Below, piece after piece: positions 47,324 through 58,072 of a stretch of DNA of 64,000 nt. A program made the position numbers and the translations under genes. The DNA is taken from the UHGV virus genome UHGV-0057547; one strand, given 5' to 3'. The stretch's first letter is position 1. Each line of letters begins with the position of its first letter. The stretch is from a virus. Below the pieces are notes generated by a model. The model had not been told where the DNA came from. It saw only the letters and a program-made list of their open reading frames with translations, and searched no databases.

Positions 47324-47387
47324 GTCCCCCAAACAGTTCTCTATATATATTATATTATATATTATATTATAGAACTGTTTGGGGGAC
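47324..47387. repeat. large GC-rich inverted repeat (about 19-bp arms GTCCCCCAAACAGTTCT / AGAACTGTTTGGGGGAC around a 25-nt TATAAT-like AT loop)
   Basis: Read directly; exceptionally GC-rich arms for this genome; abuts the RBS of gene 46240..47307. Confidence 0.6.
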
Positions 47388-47489
47388 ATTATTTTTATAT
47401 ATTTATATATATTATACTATAAATTTTATTAAAAGTCAATAATAAAAATAAAAAAAAGAAAGGCTATTTAAACCTTTCTTTTATATGAA

Positions 47490-48065
47490 TTAAACATTAA
47501 ACATTAAATCACCTAAGCATAAAAGAAAATCTTTTTCTAATTCCCAGTTATCCCATATTAAAACATCATATTCATTTTTTGTATGTCCTTCATATCCTTT
47601 TTCACAATATAACCAAGTTATTAATTCACCATCGGCTTCTCTGTAAGTTGCTCTATGTGCCACTACTGTTTCTAAATAATTTGTATCATGTAAAAAATCT
47701 TCATTTTTTAAATCTTCTTCTGTTAATTTGTCTTTTGCTATTTTTAAAACAAATATATCATTACAGTTTTCTATATCTTCATCTTTATAACCTAAAGTCA
47801 CTGTTGCTTCATAATTATCATCCAATTCTTCTATATCTACATTAATCTTATCTATATCTTTAGCAGAATCTAAATATAATTTTTTATTATCATTTAATTC
47901 ATTATATTGTGGCTGATATTCTTCAATGTTTCTTTCGATTTCATTTATTATATTTTCTTTTAACAATTTTTCACCTTGTTCTATTTGGTTATTAGAACAT
48001 CCTATCATAGATATGGCCATTAGACCTCCTAAAATCAATCCTAAGCCCTTTCTAAATACTTTCAT
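47490..48065 (-). CDS. lipoprotein
   Basis: Signal peptide plus lipobox MKVFRKGLGLILGGLMAISMIGCS. Confidence 0.55.
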   Translation of the reverse strand: MKVFRKGLGLILGGLMAISMIGCSNNQIEQGEKLLKENIINEIERNIEEYQPQYNELNDNKKLYLDSAKDIDKINVDIEELDDNYEATVTLGYKDEDIENCNDIFVLKIAKDKLTEEDLKNEDFLHDTNYLETVVAHRATYREADGELITWLYCEKGYEGHTKNEYDVLIWDNWELEKDFLLCLGDLMFNV

Positions 48066-48158
48066 GAATAATTCCTCCTTTAACCTTTAAAATTCATTTA
48101 AATCAATTATATCCCATTATAGGACAGAATATACAACTGAGGATATTAAATATCCTCT

Positions 48159-48314
48159 TTATTTGTTTTTATCAGGTAGACAAACTATAACTAATAGTGC
48201 GAAAAATCCAAAGAAAAATCCTAATAATAACCAAGCTACAGTACTTCTACCTTTTTCAGTAGCAATAAGACAACATCCAATTGCAAATAAAATACTCCAA
48301 ATTAATATAGCCAT
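48159..48314 (-). CDS. small membrane protein (51 aa)
   Basis: Hand-translated MAILIWSILFAIGCCLIATEKGRSTVAWLLLGFFFGFFALLVIVCLPDKNK. Confidence 0.4.
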   Translation of the reverse strand: MAILIWSILFAIGCCLIATEKGRSTVAWLLLGFFFGFFALLVIVCLPDKNK

Positions 48315-48380
48315 AATTTCAACTCCTTTTTAAATTTTATATTTTGTTATCAACTGAGGATATTAAATATCCTCTTTAAT

Positions 48381-48983
48381 TTAATATGTTATTAAATCCA
48401 ATTCTTCCATTTCGTTTAATAAGTCATAATCGCATACATCTTTATAATAGCCATTTTCATATTTAAATAAATTTATCTCATCGCTTAAAGCATTTACTTC
48501 TACATAATATATTTCATCATTTAATTCAACTTCTACTGATTTAGAACATTCTAAGAATAATTCTAAAAATTCTTCTTCATAATTAAATTTCAAATACATC
48601 CATTCAGAATATCCAACTCTTACATCTCCACGTCCACAATGAACTCTAAATCCAACTATATATTCATCTTCTTTAGTATCATAATAAGTTCTAAAATCAA
48701 TATGATTAATTAATGGTGCATTCCAGTTATAAGTATTATCGGCAGTTATTTCTTCTATCCAACCTTCATCAAGTCCTATTTCTAAATAATCATCAATATA
48801 ATATTCATAATCAGTTTCTTCTTCTTTATCCCATATAATACCATTAATAACTTCATAAGGTTCTAAAACATTTAATATATCCATTATATCAACTGTCAAT
48901 TCATTTTCTTTTATATTATAAGTTCCTTCTAAGCATTTTTTTACATCTTCTATTTTTGTTCTTCCAAACATATAAACCTCCAA
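48381..48983 (-). CDS. hypothetical acidic protein
   Basis: 200-aa ORF; no recognisable motif. Confidence 0.4.
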   Translation of the reverse strand: MEVYMFGRTKIEDVKKCLEGTYNIKENELTVDIMDILNVLEPYEVINGIIWDKEEETDYEYYIDDYLEIGLDEGWIEEITADNTYNWNAPLINHIDFRTYYDTKEDEYIVGFRVHCGRGDVRVGYSEWMYLKFNYEEEFLELFLECSKSVEVELNDEIYYVEVNALSDEINLFKYENGYYKDVCDYDLLNEMEELDLITY

Positions 48984-49220
48984 GTTTAAAGTCCTAAAGA
49001 CTATTTATTTTTTTATTTATACTTATATTATATAGTATAATTTATATCATGTCAACTATTTTTAAAAAAATATTTTAAATTTTTTATTTTGTTTTTATTG
49101 ATTGTTAATAACTGAGAACATTAAATATCCTCTTTATACTATATATTATATATTAGTTTATATGATATGTCAATATAATATTAAAAAAATATAGAGAAAA
49201 AATCTCTATATTTTTTATAT

Positions 49221-50051
49221 CTATGCCAATTGTTGTAAATCAGTTTTATTTATTTCTATTTTTAAAATTTTACTTAATGCCATTATGCCTTTAGGAGTGA
49301 TTTTAAGATTACTATAATTATGACCTTCTTTCTCTCCAACTATTACCTTAAACCACGTTTTATCAACTTCAGAATACGGTAACCAACTTTTGCCTTGCTT
49401 GAATATAATTCTATTTTCATTTAATGTTTTATTAAATTGTTGTGCTGATTTAAATTTAAATAATTTAGCAACTTGAGTTGATGTATATAATCCATTGCTA
49501 TTCATAAAATCATCAAAATAATTTACTTTAGGTTTATCTTTTTCTATTTTTTCTAATAATGGTTTCTTTTCTAGTTTTGCTAATTCTTTTGATGCTACTA
49601 TTCCCTCTTGTCCACCATTATAGATATCTAGTAATAATTTTGCTTTTAATTGTTCATCAGAATTTATTACTTCTCTCATTGCAAAATATTCTCTTCTTAA
49701 TTGTTTTCTTATTTCTTTTGCTTTTTCAGTTTTCATGAATCCAACCAATAACATATAACCTTGTTCAGATAATAAATAGCAATTTTTTTGTCTATTATTA
49801 GTTATAAATCCTAAAACCTTAGCAAGGTTTAAGGATTTTTCATCAGACATCAAATCCAATAAATCAATTCCTATTTCAAATTCATCTATATGTTCATTTA
49901 TTAATGTATTAACTTTATCCAATCTAGTATCATGTATTTCAGATATTGTTTTAGCTAAGATAGCTTTTTGACCTTCACCAAATCCACTTTCTACAACAGG
50001 TATTTCTTTACCCATAAAATCTTGTGTGCCATTAACTTTCAATTCATTCAT
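49221..50051 (-). CDS. antirepressor-like protein (paralogous N-terminus with 53650..54756)
   Basis: NGTQDFMGKEIPVVESGFGEGQKAILAKTISEIHD vs NGTQDFMGVKIPVIEGGFGEGKRCLTDKVISEIHN. Confidence 0.4.
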   Translation of the reverse strand: MNELKVNGTQDFMGKEIPVVESGFGEGQKAILAKTISEIHDTRLDKVNTLINEHIDEFEIGIDLLDLMSDEKSLNLAKVLGFITNNRQKNCYLLSEQGYMLLVGFMKTEKAKEIRKQLRREYFAMREVINSDEQLKAKLLLDIYNGGQEGIVASKELAKLEKKPLLEKIEKDKPKVNYFDDFMNSNGLYTSTQVAKLFKFKSAQQFNKTLNENRIIFKQGKSWLPYSEVDKTWFKVIVGEKEGHNYSNLKITPKGIMALSKILKIEINKTDLQQLA

Positions 50052-50167
50052 ATTACCAGCTCCTTTTATTCTTATTTGATTATATTATACTTATGCCTTT
50101 ATTAAAAGTCAATAAAAACCTAAAAATAAATTTTAGGTTTCATAACTGAGGATTAATTAAAACCCTC

Positions 50168-50602
50168 TTATTTTACTTTATGTCCATTTATGCTATAAGT
50201 ATGAGTTTTGCCTTTATTGTCAATTCCTTTCACTGTCACCTTATAAGTTCTATATTCTTTTAAATCTTTTTCCATATTTGTTCCATGTAATTTGTTAGCT
50301 ACTTGTTTTACTATCTTCTTAGTTTTAGAACTGTTTAAGTTGCTTCTAAATTTAACTACATATTCTTTACTATTCATTTTTAAACTATAACTTGTTATTC
50401 TTAAATATTTTAATACTTCTTTATTTTCTCTTTTTTCTATGCTGTCAAGTGTTATGTAAGTTCTTCCTTTTGCTCCTTGAATTACTTTAGCATTAATTAT
50501 TACTGTATTTCCTAAAACCATTAAACCTATTAAACCTACCATAGTAATTTTTTTTATTAAATTTTTCATAATATCAAATCTCCTTTTTATTTTTTTATTC
50601 AC
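50168..50602 (-). CDS. secreted/membrane-anchored hypothetical protein
   Basis: N-terminal hydrophobic segment after a basic stretch. Confidence 0.4.
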   Translation of the reverse strand: MNKKIKRRFDIMKNLIKKITMVGLIGLMVLGNTVIINAKVIQGAKGRTYITLDSIEKRENKEVLKYLRITSYSLKMNSKEYVVKFRSNLNSSKTKKIVKQVANKLHGTNMEKDLKEYRTYKVTVKGIDNKGKTHTYSINGHKVK

Positions 50603-50623
50603 CTTTTGGGTGATAACTGAGGA

Positions 50624-50815
50624 TTATAAAATCCTCTTAAAATAAAAATTGAAGTTCATTCTATTAATGTCATCATGTATCATGTCATCGTGGACTTTTA
50701 CCCACTCATCGGATACACTGCTTAACAAATCCTCTATGCCTTCATTGAAATAGCTTAAATAAAAATTGTCAAATTTAATTGCGTTCATATCCAACTCTCT
50801 ATCCTCTGAAAACAT
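50624..50815 (-). CDS. small hypothetical protein immediately 3' of RNA element copy 8
   Basis: Probable ATG start MFSEDREL...; the last codons and the stop lie within a conserved hairpin. Confidence 0.3.
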   Translation of the reverse strand: MFSEDRELDMNAIKFDNFYLSYFNEGIEDLLSSVSDEWVKVHDDMIHDDINRMNFNFYFKRIL

Positions 50816-50842
50816 ATTATTTTTTGCTTCTACTGTCAATAG

Positions 50843-50952
50843 GTTTCAGTGCTCATTAGTAAGCTTCCCTGTTCAACGTGTTCTCTTTCGTTTTAAACTA
50901 CTCAAGTTTTTTACAACACTCCAAGGGCGTAAATTCGGAACTGAACTTTCCT
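50843..50952 (-). ncRNA. conserved structured RNA element (copy 8)
   Basis: Promoter TTGACATTATATATAAGCTAGTATATAAT immediately upstream. Element ends GCACUGAAAC about 30 nt before the next ATG. Confidence 0.55.
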
Positions 50953-51045
50953 ATTTATATTATATACTAGCTTATATATAATGTCAACTGAAAACTTAAA
51001 AATAAATTTTAAATTTTCTCACTGAGGATATTATTAAATATCCTC

Positions 51046-51303
51046 TTAATACCATTTTCCGTATCTACTTTCATATTCATCTAGTGTTATTATACTAAAA
51101 TCAATCTCTGAATCTACCTCTGATATTTCAACTATATAAGGTTTTCTATTGATAAAAACTTTTGTATCTGAAACATATTTTATATTGTCTAAAACCTTTT
51201 TTAAATTTTGTTTATTAAGTTTATCTAGCATATTATCATATATACCTAATGTATACCCTTCACTTTTTATTTTATTTATTATTATTTCCTTATTTGTTTT
51301 CAT
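51046..51303 (-). CDS. hypothetical protein
   Basis: 85-aa ORF, cassette region. Confidence 0.4.
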   Translation of the reverse strand: MKTNKEIIINKIKSEGYTLGIYDNMLDKLNKQNLKKVLDNIKYVSDTKVFINRKPYIVEISEVDSEIDFSIITLDEYESRYGKWY

Positions 51304-51416
51304 TTTTAAAATCCTCCTAATTCATTTTTATACTATAATTGTATCATAGTATTTATCTATTGTCAAGTAAAAACTTAAAAATAATTTTTATTTTTCTTAA
51401 CTTTCATAACTGAGGA

Positions 51417-51842
51417 TTAATTAAAATCCTCCAAAGATATTAGTATTTGTTTAAATACATTATCATTGCTTAAATCTTTTATTATATTTTTTAAATCATT
51501 ATTTTTATTACTGTCTCTTATTATTAATTCTATGTCTTCTTCTATGTAATCTATGCTGTCATAGACATATTCTTCATAGTCACATCCCATATAGCTTACT
51601 AGTTCTCCATTATCATTATAATGAAATAAATCTTCATTAGAATTAAAATTACCATTTTCAATTTTATCTGCTATTTCTAGTGGCTCTAAACCTTCCATTA
51701 ATTCGTTGAATTCTTCCATATCATGAACTATTAACCAATCTAAATAAAAACTATTATAACTTATAACTTCAACAAGTTCTAATAAATCAGTGTAATTACT
51801 TCTATCCTCTAAATTTTTTCTTAAAGATTCAAATTTATTCAT
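51417..51842 (-). CDS. hypothetical acidic protein
   Basis: 141-aa ORF, cassette region. Confidence 0.4.
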   Translation of the reverse strand: MNKFESLRKNLEDRSNYTDLLELVEVISYNSFYLDWLIVHDMEEFNELMEGLEPLEIADKIENGNFNSNEDLFHYNDNGELVSYMGCDYEEYVYDSIDYIEEDIELIIRDSNKNNDLKNIIKDLSNDNVFKQILISLEDFN

Positions 51843-51979
51843 AATAACAACTCCCTTATTTATTTTTTTTATTTATCTTTATACTATGTATTATATACTA
51901 GTAATTATATATTGTCAAGTGAAAATCTAAATTTTATTTTTAAATTTTCATAACTGAGAATACAGAATTGTATTCTCTT

Positions 51980-52309
51980 TTAGATATTTAAGAATTCATT
52001 ATCTTCTAACATTGTTACTTTATAATCATAATATTTTTTTATAATGTTGATATCGTTTTTATCATATGCTATTATATAAATATTACCTTCTACTTCAGCA
52101 ACTTCTCCAATAATAAAATTATTAAATCGTTCCAATGTTAAATCTTCCAATACAGAATCATCTTCTTCAAATAATTTTTCTTTTTCTTTTTCATCTTTTG
52201 CTAATAAATCAACTAAACATTCAAAATGTAAACTATTTTCTATAAGTTTTCCATCAGCTATAACAAAAGCATTTTTTCTATATAATTCATAATCATATTC
52301 TATTTTCAT
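51980..52309 (-). CDS. hypothetical protein
   Basis: 109-aa ORF, cassette region. Confidence 0.4.
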   Translation of the reverse strand: MKIEYDYELYRKNAFVIADGKLIENSLHFECLVDLLAKDEKEKEKLFEEDDSVLEDLTLERFNNFIIGEVAEVEGNIYIIAYDKNDINIIKKYYDYKVTMLEDNEFLNI

Positions 52310-52621
52310 AATAATAACTCCCTTTAATTTATTTTTTATTTATCTTTATACTATGTATTATATATTAGTGATTATATATTGTCAAGCATTTAAATAAAAA
52401 AATCCATATATTTTTACATATATGGATTTTAGATATTTTATTTAAAATAATAATTCATATTATTTACAATTAAGTTAGTAACATATAGTAAACCTTTTTT
52501 AGTCATACAGATACCCTTAGAATTATTATTTATATTTTCATATATAAATAAATTTTTCTTTTTATTTTTATCTGTTAATCTTTCACTTGTTTTGAATTGC
52601 TTTTGTTTTATCATAAATTTA

Positions 52622-53383
52622 TTAAATAATGTTATTCCTATTTTTTTTATGATAGAATTCATATTTATTAAATAAATCTACGTATTCTTTTTTACCCATA
52701 ATTACATTATCATCTAAACTATTTAAATAAGTTTTAAACTTATCTAAATTAGTTATATTAATTACTGTCATATCATTATTTTTAGTAGTTAAAGTTTTAG
52801 AACTTTTATTTAAATCATCAATCTTATCAGATAAACTTTCTATCATTTTTAATAATTCATTTATTGTTTTATTTTGTTCTTCTATTTTATCAAGTAGTTC
52901 CGTATTGTTTACTGTTAGTGTTTCATTATTAGAATTTCCATTTAAAATTATGTCAAGCATTTTACTTCTTATTTCTTGTGCTACTTTGCTATCTCTTAAT
53001 AACATTGCCATATTTAAAAAACATCTTTTATTTACCAATGTATTACTTCTATTATTAAATTTTCTATTATCTGATATAAAATAACCTTTATAGTTATGAA
53101 GGGAAATATTGTCCCCTCCTAAAAATTCTCTTGTTTCCTTACCTTTTAATATTAATAAACCATTTTTAATTAATTCTCTTTTATTGTTTTGAACTAATTT
53201 TTTAATACATTCATAATCAACTTCAAAATATTTAGCCACTCTGTCAAGTGTTTCATATTCCATATTATTAATTGTAGTTATAGTTTTATATTTATTCATT
53301 ATATCTAAACTTTTATTATTATTTAATATCTCTTGTCTTAATTCCTCTTTTTCTAAAATATCATTTAATACCATTATTACCAA
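52622..53383 (-). CDS. hypothetical protein
   Basis: 253-aa ORF; no recognisable motif. Confidence 0.4.
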   Translation of the reverse strand: MVIMVLNDILEKEELRQEILNNNKSLDIMNKYKTITTINNMEYETLDRVAKYFEVDYECIKKLVQNNKRELIKNGLLILKGKETREFLGGDNISLHNYKGYFISDNRKFNNRSNTLVNKRCFLNMAMLLRDSKVAQEIRSKMLDIILNGNSNNETLTVNNTELLDKIEEQNKTINELLKMIESLSDKIDDLNKSSKTLTTKNNDMTVINITNLDKFKTYLNSLDDNVIMGKKEYVDLFNKYEFYHKKNRNNII

Positions 53384-53649
53384 CTCCTTTTATATTTTTT
53401 ACTTATATTATACTTATACATTTATTAAAAGTCAATGAATACTCATAAAAATATTTAATTTTCCATAAATATTTTATAGAAATATAAACTCAAATCTAAA
53501 TTTAATTTTTGTCAAATTTTGTCGATTAATACCAAATAAAAAAACCCAAAGCTAAATTTAATTTTAACTTTGGGATAACTGAGGATTAATATAATCCTCT
53601 ATAAATAATACTTGTAATTAATTTTACTGTTTATTATATTACCAACTCC

Positions 53650-54756
53650 CTATTGTAATAATTCTAACAATTTATTTAAACCATCATCTGTTATTTTACT
53701 GTATTTATAATATCTATACATATAATTATTATCTCTAGCATATTGTGTTTCAATTTCATTTTTATCTAACCAATTTATTTTTTTAAGTTTATTCATTAAG
53801 TATTCTAAACTAATGTCATTGTTAAGGTTATTATTTAATATTTTTAATGCTTGTCTATATGTGTATCCTTCATTTGTTTTTCTTCTCTTTTTTTCTTCTG
53901 TCGTTCTATTAATTATTTTAGATATTTGTTGCATTAATTTTAATATGTCATTATCTATGATATAATCTACCATTTTAGGATTCCATGTATAAACGTTTGT
54001 TATGCTTGCTCTACATAAACCGTTTTTAATAAATTCATTTTCAAATTTATCATTATGTATAAATCTAGTTTTTTTATTTATTAATTTATTTTCACCATAT
54101 CCTTTTATTTCTAATGCTTCAAAGAAAATTTTTGTAAACAATTTCTTTGAAGGTAATTGTTTTATTAAATCTATTGTTGATAAATAATTTTCTATTCTTT
54201 CATTTTCTAATTCTATTTTATCAATTTCCTTTTGTTTTTCAGCCCCATATTCTTCTTTTAGTTCACCGAATAATTTTGTATTTAAAACTCTATCTTCTTC
54301 TGTATTTGAAAATATAGATTTATAAAATGTTTCAGCTAATATTTTTTCTTTTGAATTTACAATTTCTCTCATAGTAAAATAATCATCAACTAATTTATCA
54401 TGTATTTCCCAGGCTAAATCTGTATCCATTATTTTTATAAGTTTTGCATAACCTCTTTCTGATAATAAGTAAATATTTTTAGCTTGTGTTATAGATTGTT
54501 TAGCGTAACCCATTTTTGTCAACGTATCGTTGTCGTCGATACGTTTAAGATTTATAAAATCTACACCTTCTTTAAATCTTTTGATGTTTTTATTAAGTGT
54601 TTCTCTAACATGAATCATTTTCATATTATGTATTTCAGATATAACTTTATCAGTTAAACATCTTTTTCCTTCACCAAAACCACCTTCTATCACTGGTATT
54701 TTAACTCCCATAAAATCTTGTGTGCCATTAATTATGATATTATTCATATTTACCAA
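53650..54756 (-). CDS. antirepressor-like protein (paralog of 49221..50051 at the N-terminus)
   Basis: Shared N-terminal domain; see 49221..50051. Confidence 0.4.
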   Translation of the reverse strand: MVNMNNIIINGTQDFMGVKIPVIEGGFGEGKRCLTDKVISEIHNMKMIHVRETLNKNIKRFKEGVDFINLKRIDDNDTLTKMGYAKQSITQAKNIYLLSERGYAKLIKIMDTDLAWEIHDKLVDDYFTMREIVNSKEKILAETFYKSIFSNTEEDRVLNTKLFGELKEEYGAEKQKEIDKIELENERIENYLSTIDLIKQLPSKKLFTKIFFEALEIKGYGENKLINKKTRFIHNDKFENEFIKNGLCRASITNVYTWNPKMVDYIIDNDILKLMQQISKIINRTTEEKKRRKTNEGYTYRQALKILNNNLNNDISLEYLMNKLKKINWLDKNEIETQYARDNNYMYRYYKYSKITDDGLNKLLELLQ

Positions 54757-55142
54757 CTCCTTTATATATTTGATTATATTATACTTAACATATTATTAAA
54801 AGTCAATAAATACTCATAAATATATTTAATTTTCCATAAAAATATATATCTCTGAGCCATTTAAATGGATTTTAAGCTTGTTATAACTACTTAATGGATA
54901 AACTATTCATTAAGTTATAAACTCATATTTAAATTTAATTCTTGTCAATTCTGTTTAAAAATAGGCATAAAAAAAATCCTCTACCATAATAGTAGAGGAT
55001 TAATTAGTTTCTAATAATAAAGTCCCTTCTGATTTTATTTTGTTACTTCCATAAGTATCTCTTATAGAACTCATATTTTTTCCTTATTTATTTCTTTAAA
55101 TACTTCTTCATTTTCCTTTCTATCAGGGTGAAACTTCATAGC

Positions 55143-55254
55143 GTTTCAATGCTTGTAACAAGCTTCCCTATTCAACGTGTTCTTTTTCACTTTATAAGCT
55201 ACTCAAGTTTTTGTAACACTCCCAGGGCGTAAATTCGGAACTGAACTTTCCTAC
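55143..55254 (-). ncRNA. conserved structured RNA element (copy 9)
   Basis: Promoter 55270-55320 upstream. GUAGGAAAGUUCAGUUCC-GAAUUUACGCCCUGGGAGUG...GAACACGUUGAAUAGGGAAGCUUGUUACAAGCAUUGAAACGC. Followed only by tiny ORFs (21 and 23 aa). Confidence 0.55.
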
Positions 55255-55385
55255 ATGTTATTTTTAATTTTTTATTTTATTTACCTATATTATACTGCTA
55301 TTATTATTAAAAGTCAATAAATATTTTCATTTTTTTATTTAATTTTCACAAAACTTTTTAACTTTCAGCAATAACTGAGGATTAA

Positions 55386-55736
55386 TTAAAATCCTCTATT
55401 TGGGAAAGATAGACTTCTACAGCCTATTATTCTTCCCTTATCATCTCTTACAGATTCATTTACCAAAGCTAAATCAGTTCTAGTTTTGCAAGCATTAGCA
55501 ACCATAGCAGATACAATAAGGATAGTATCAGCTTGTTGTGGAGGTAATCCTATAACATCACCAAAAGTATTGTCAGTTATAGGAATTTCTATACCATCAG
55601 CAATTATACTTCCTGCATCAGTAGTAGTTTGTGATACTCTTATTAAAGTTCCGGAAGCTGGTATGGTAAGTATAATATTATTATCACTATCCATTATATT
55701 AATATCATGAGGCGTACAATTTATTAATTTTTTCAT
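55386..55736 (-). CDS. hypothetical protein
   Basis: 116-aa ORF, cassette region. Confidence 0.4.
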   Translation of the reverse strand: MKKLINCTPHDINIMDSDNNIILTIPASGTLIRVSQTTTDAGSIIADGIEIPITDNTFGDVIGLPPQQADTILIVSAMVANACKTRTDLALVNESVRDDKGRIIGCRSLSFPNRGF

Positions 55737-55845
55737 GATATAAAACCCTCCTAAATATTCTCATTTTTTTATTTAATTCCTATGAAAGTTTTTAACTTTC
55801 AGTAACTGAAAAAGGAATTTAATTTTCCTTTTTCTCGCACATATT

Positions 55846-56145
55846 TTAGGATACATAAGCTACTTGCTCTACTATAAAATTTCTCTTTTCTAACTCATGA
55901 GTTATTTTTTCGCTTTCATTTTTTAGTTTTTTTCTAGCTAAATCATAGAAGTCCCAAAAATACATTAAATTTATATCTATTCTATAACCACTTATTATTA
56001 TTACTTGGTCTTCATATTCTAACTGTAAATCAGCACTTAAATAATCTTCTTCATTGACATATATTGCAACCCTTATATTATCATTATCTTTTCTATTTAT
56101 CATGTTTATAGCTTTTTCAATGCTATTATATCTTATTTTTTTCAT
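55846..56145 (-). CDS. hypothetical protein
   Basis: 99-aa ORF; promoter and RBS upstream. Confidence 0.4.
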   Translation of the reverse strand: MKKIRYNSIEKAINMINRKDNDNIRVAIYVNEEDYLSADLQLEYEDQVIIISGYRIDINLMYFWDFYDLARKKLKNESEKITHELEKRNFIVEQVAYVS

Positions 56146-56274
56146 AATATAAAACCCTCCTAAAATTTTATTTATTAACTATATTATAGCATTTTAGCTA
56201 TATAAAGTCAATAAAATATTTAATTCTCATGAAAGTTTTTAACTTCCATGTAACAGAGGATTATAATTAATCCT

Positions 56275-56514
56275 CTATAAATAGTATTTGTAATTAATTA
56301 TGCTATTCACATAGCAACTTTCAGCAACTTTATATGCATTTAAGCTTCTGCTTATATGCACTCCAAAAGTTCTATTTGCTATTTTAACTGCTTTTGTTAG
56401 ACTTATTAATTCTTGTTCAACTGCATAGTTTAAACAAGGATATAATGCAATAATTGCACGTCTATTGCTTTCAGCTCTAACTATTTTTCCATTTACAACG
56501 AATTTTTTATTCAT
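56275..56514 (-). CDS. hypothetical protein
   Basis: 79-aa ORF; AGGAGGG RBS upstream. Confidence 0.4.
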   Translation of the reverse strand: MNKKFVVNGKIVRAESNRRAIIALYPCLNYAVEQELISLTKAVKIANRTFGVHISRSLNAYKVAESCYVNSIINYKYYL

Positions 56515-56917
56515 ATAAGACCCTCCTAAATATTTCCATTTTTTTATTTAATTTTCATGAAAGTTTTTAGCTTTCATGTTACAGAGGATTTTAATTAATC
56601 CTCTACAAATATTTCTAAGATATCATCTTTAAAATCCCACGCTTCAAGATGCTTATAGCTTACATTATGTTCTTTTGCTTCTTCTCCAATGTCTAAATCA
56701 GATATTCCTTTTATGGTATATCTATTTACTAAATCTTTAAATCCTTCAGTTACTTTAAATTCATATCTTTTCATAATACAAAACCCTCCTAAATATTTTC
56801 ATTTTTTTATTTAATTTTCATTTATATTATATACCAGTTTTTATATAAAGTCAATATATAATATAAAAAAATCCAAAGTTAGGTTTAAATTTAACTTTGG
56901 AATAACTGAAAAAGGAA

Positions 56918-57211
56918 CTAATAAGTTAAAATTCCTTTTTCTTTATAACTTGCCATTTTAAAACCTAAGTTTTCATTTAATGTTTCTATATTGTCTAATA
57001 TGAAAATCTTATCGTCATGATTCAAATATGATATATTATATTCTTTTTCATTGTTTACAGTCCATGATAAAATTATATTTTGTTCTTCCATAGCATTTAA
57101 TAGAATATTAATATTGTTATAATTCTTTTCCTCTGCATAGAAAACTTTTAAGTCTATTTTGTTTATTTCAATTTCTTTTTTCATATATAAAACCCTCCTA
57201 AATATTTTCAT
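56918..57211 (-). CDS. hypothetical protein
   Basis: 97-aa ORF, cassette region. Confidence 0.4.
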   Translation of the reverse strand: MKIFRRVLYMKKEIEINKIDLKVFYAEEKNYNNINILLNAMEEQNIILSWTVNNEKEYNISYLNHDDKIFILDNIETLNENLGFKMASYKEKGILTY

Positions 57212-57267
57212 TTTTTTAATTAATTCTCATGAAAGTATTTAACTTTCACGATTACAGAGGATTATAA

Positions 57268-57654
57268 TTAATCCTCTATTATTTCTTCATATTCTGCAAT
57301 TGTAACTTCATTGTATATTTCATTTACCATATACTCAAAAGCTAACCAACTTAAATTATTTGCATCTACTTCAAAATCAGGACTTAAATTTTCTTTTGTG
57401 CTATTGTATATTTCAAATATTTCTTCCATATGTTTAATGAAGAAACATTTTGTTTCATTAAAGTATATTAATTCTCCTATCATACCACTTGCACACCCAT
57501 ATTGAATTACTTCCTCTAAAAATGTTATTGGATTTTCATAATCATCAATATGATTAAGAATTATATCAATAACATTATCCTTTAATTCGCTTTCTCCATA
57601 CATATTTTCTAAAAAAGTATTTAATTTCATAAAAACCCTCCTAAATATTTTCAT
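57268..57654 (-). CDS. hypothetical protein (paralog of 59621..59986)
   Basis: KLNTFLENMYGESELKDNVIDIILNHIDDYENP vs MLENLYGESELKDNVIDILLDHIEDYEEP. Stop codon sits in a conserved hairpin loop. Confidence 0.45.
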   Translation of the reverse strand: MKIFRRVFMKLNTFLENMYGESELKDNVIDIILNHIDDYENPITFLEEVIQYGCASGMIGELIYFNETKCFFIKHMEEIFEIYNSTKENLSPDFEVDANNLSWLAFEYMVNEIYNEVTIAEYEEIIED

Positions 57655-57709
57655 TTTTTTAATTAATTCTCATGAAAGTATTTAACTTTCACGATTACAG
57701 AGGATTAAT

Positions 57710-58072
57710 TTAATCCTCTAAGCTATACGCCATACACATGTTAAAATCTTTATCCTTATATTGTTCTGAAAAATCAATAACTATGAATTCGCCATTATTG
57801 CTTTTATGTTTATACCATTTTGTACCAGTTAATCCATTTAGCCATGATTTTTTACCTTTGACATCACCTTCTAACATTTCAAATACTACTTCATTATTAT
57901 TATATCTAATACCTTTTCTCTTGCTTATATCTTTTGTTAATTTTACATATTTTTCATTTTCCATATTTAACAATTCATGAGCTTTTTCTAAGCTAACATA
58001 TCCAGTTAAAACTAATTTAGATATACTTTCTCTTAATTCTATCATACCTTGTTTTTTAGTTATTTTTTTCAT
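57710..58072 (-). CDS. hypothetical protein
   Basis: 120-aa ORF, cassette region. Confidence 0.4.
   Translation of the reverse strand: MKKITKKQGMIELRESISKLVLTGYVSLEKAHELLNMENEKYVKLTKDISKRKGIRYNNNEVVFEMLEGDVKGKKSWLNGLTGTKWYKHKSNNGEFIVIDFSEQYKDKDFNMCMAYSLED

Noticed and set aside
50766-50981. Plus-strand 71-aa ORF overlapping RNA element copy 8.
   Set aside because: The reading frame is not preserved in the other copies, which have indels and frame changes. The conservation pattern is compensatory base-pairing, not codon-level.
52438-52662. 74-aa minus-strand ORF.
   Set aside because: It overlaps the start of gene 52622..53383 and has no promoter or RBS context of its own. It is probably an upstream in-frame artefact; left unannotated.
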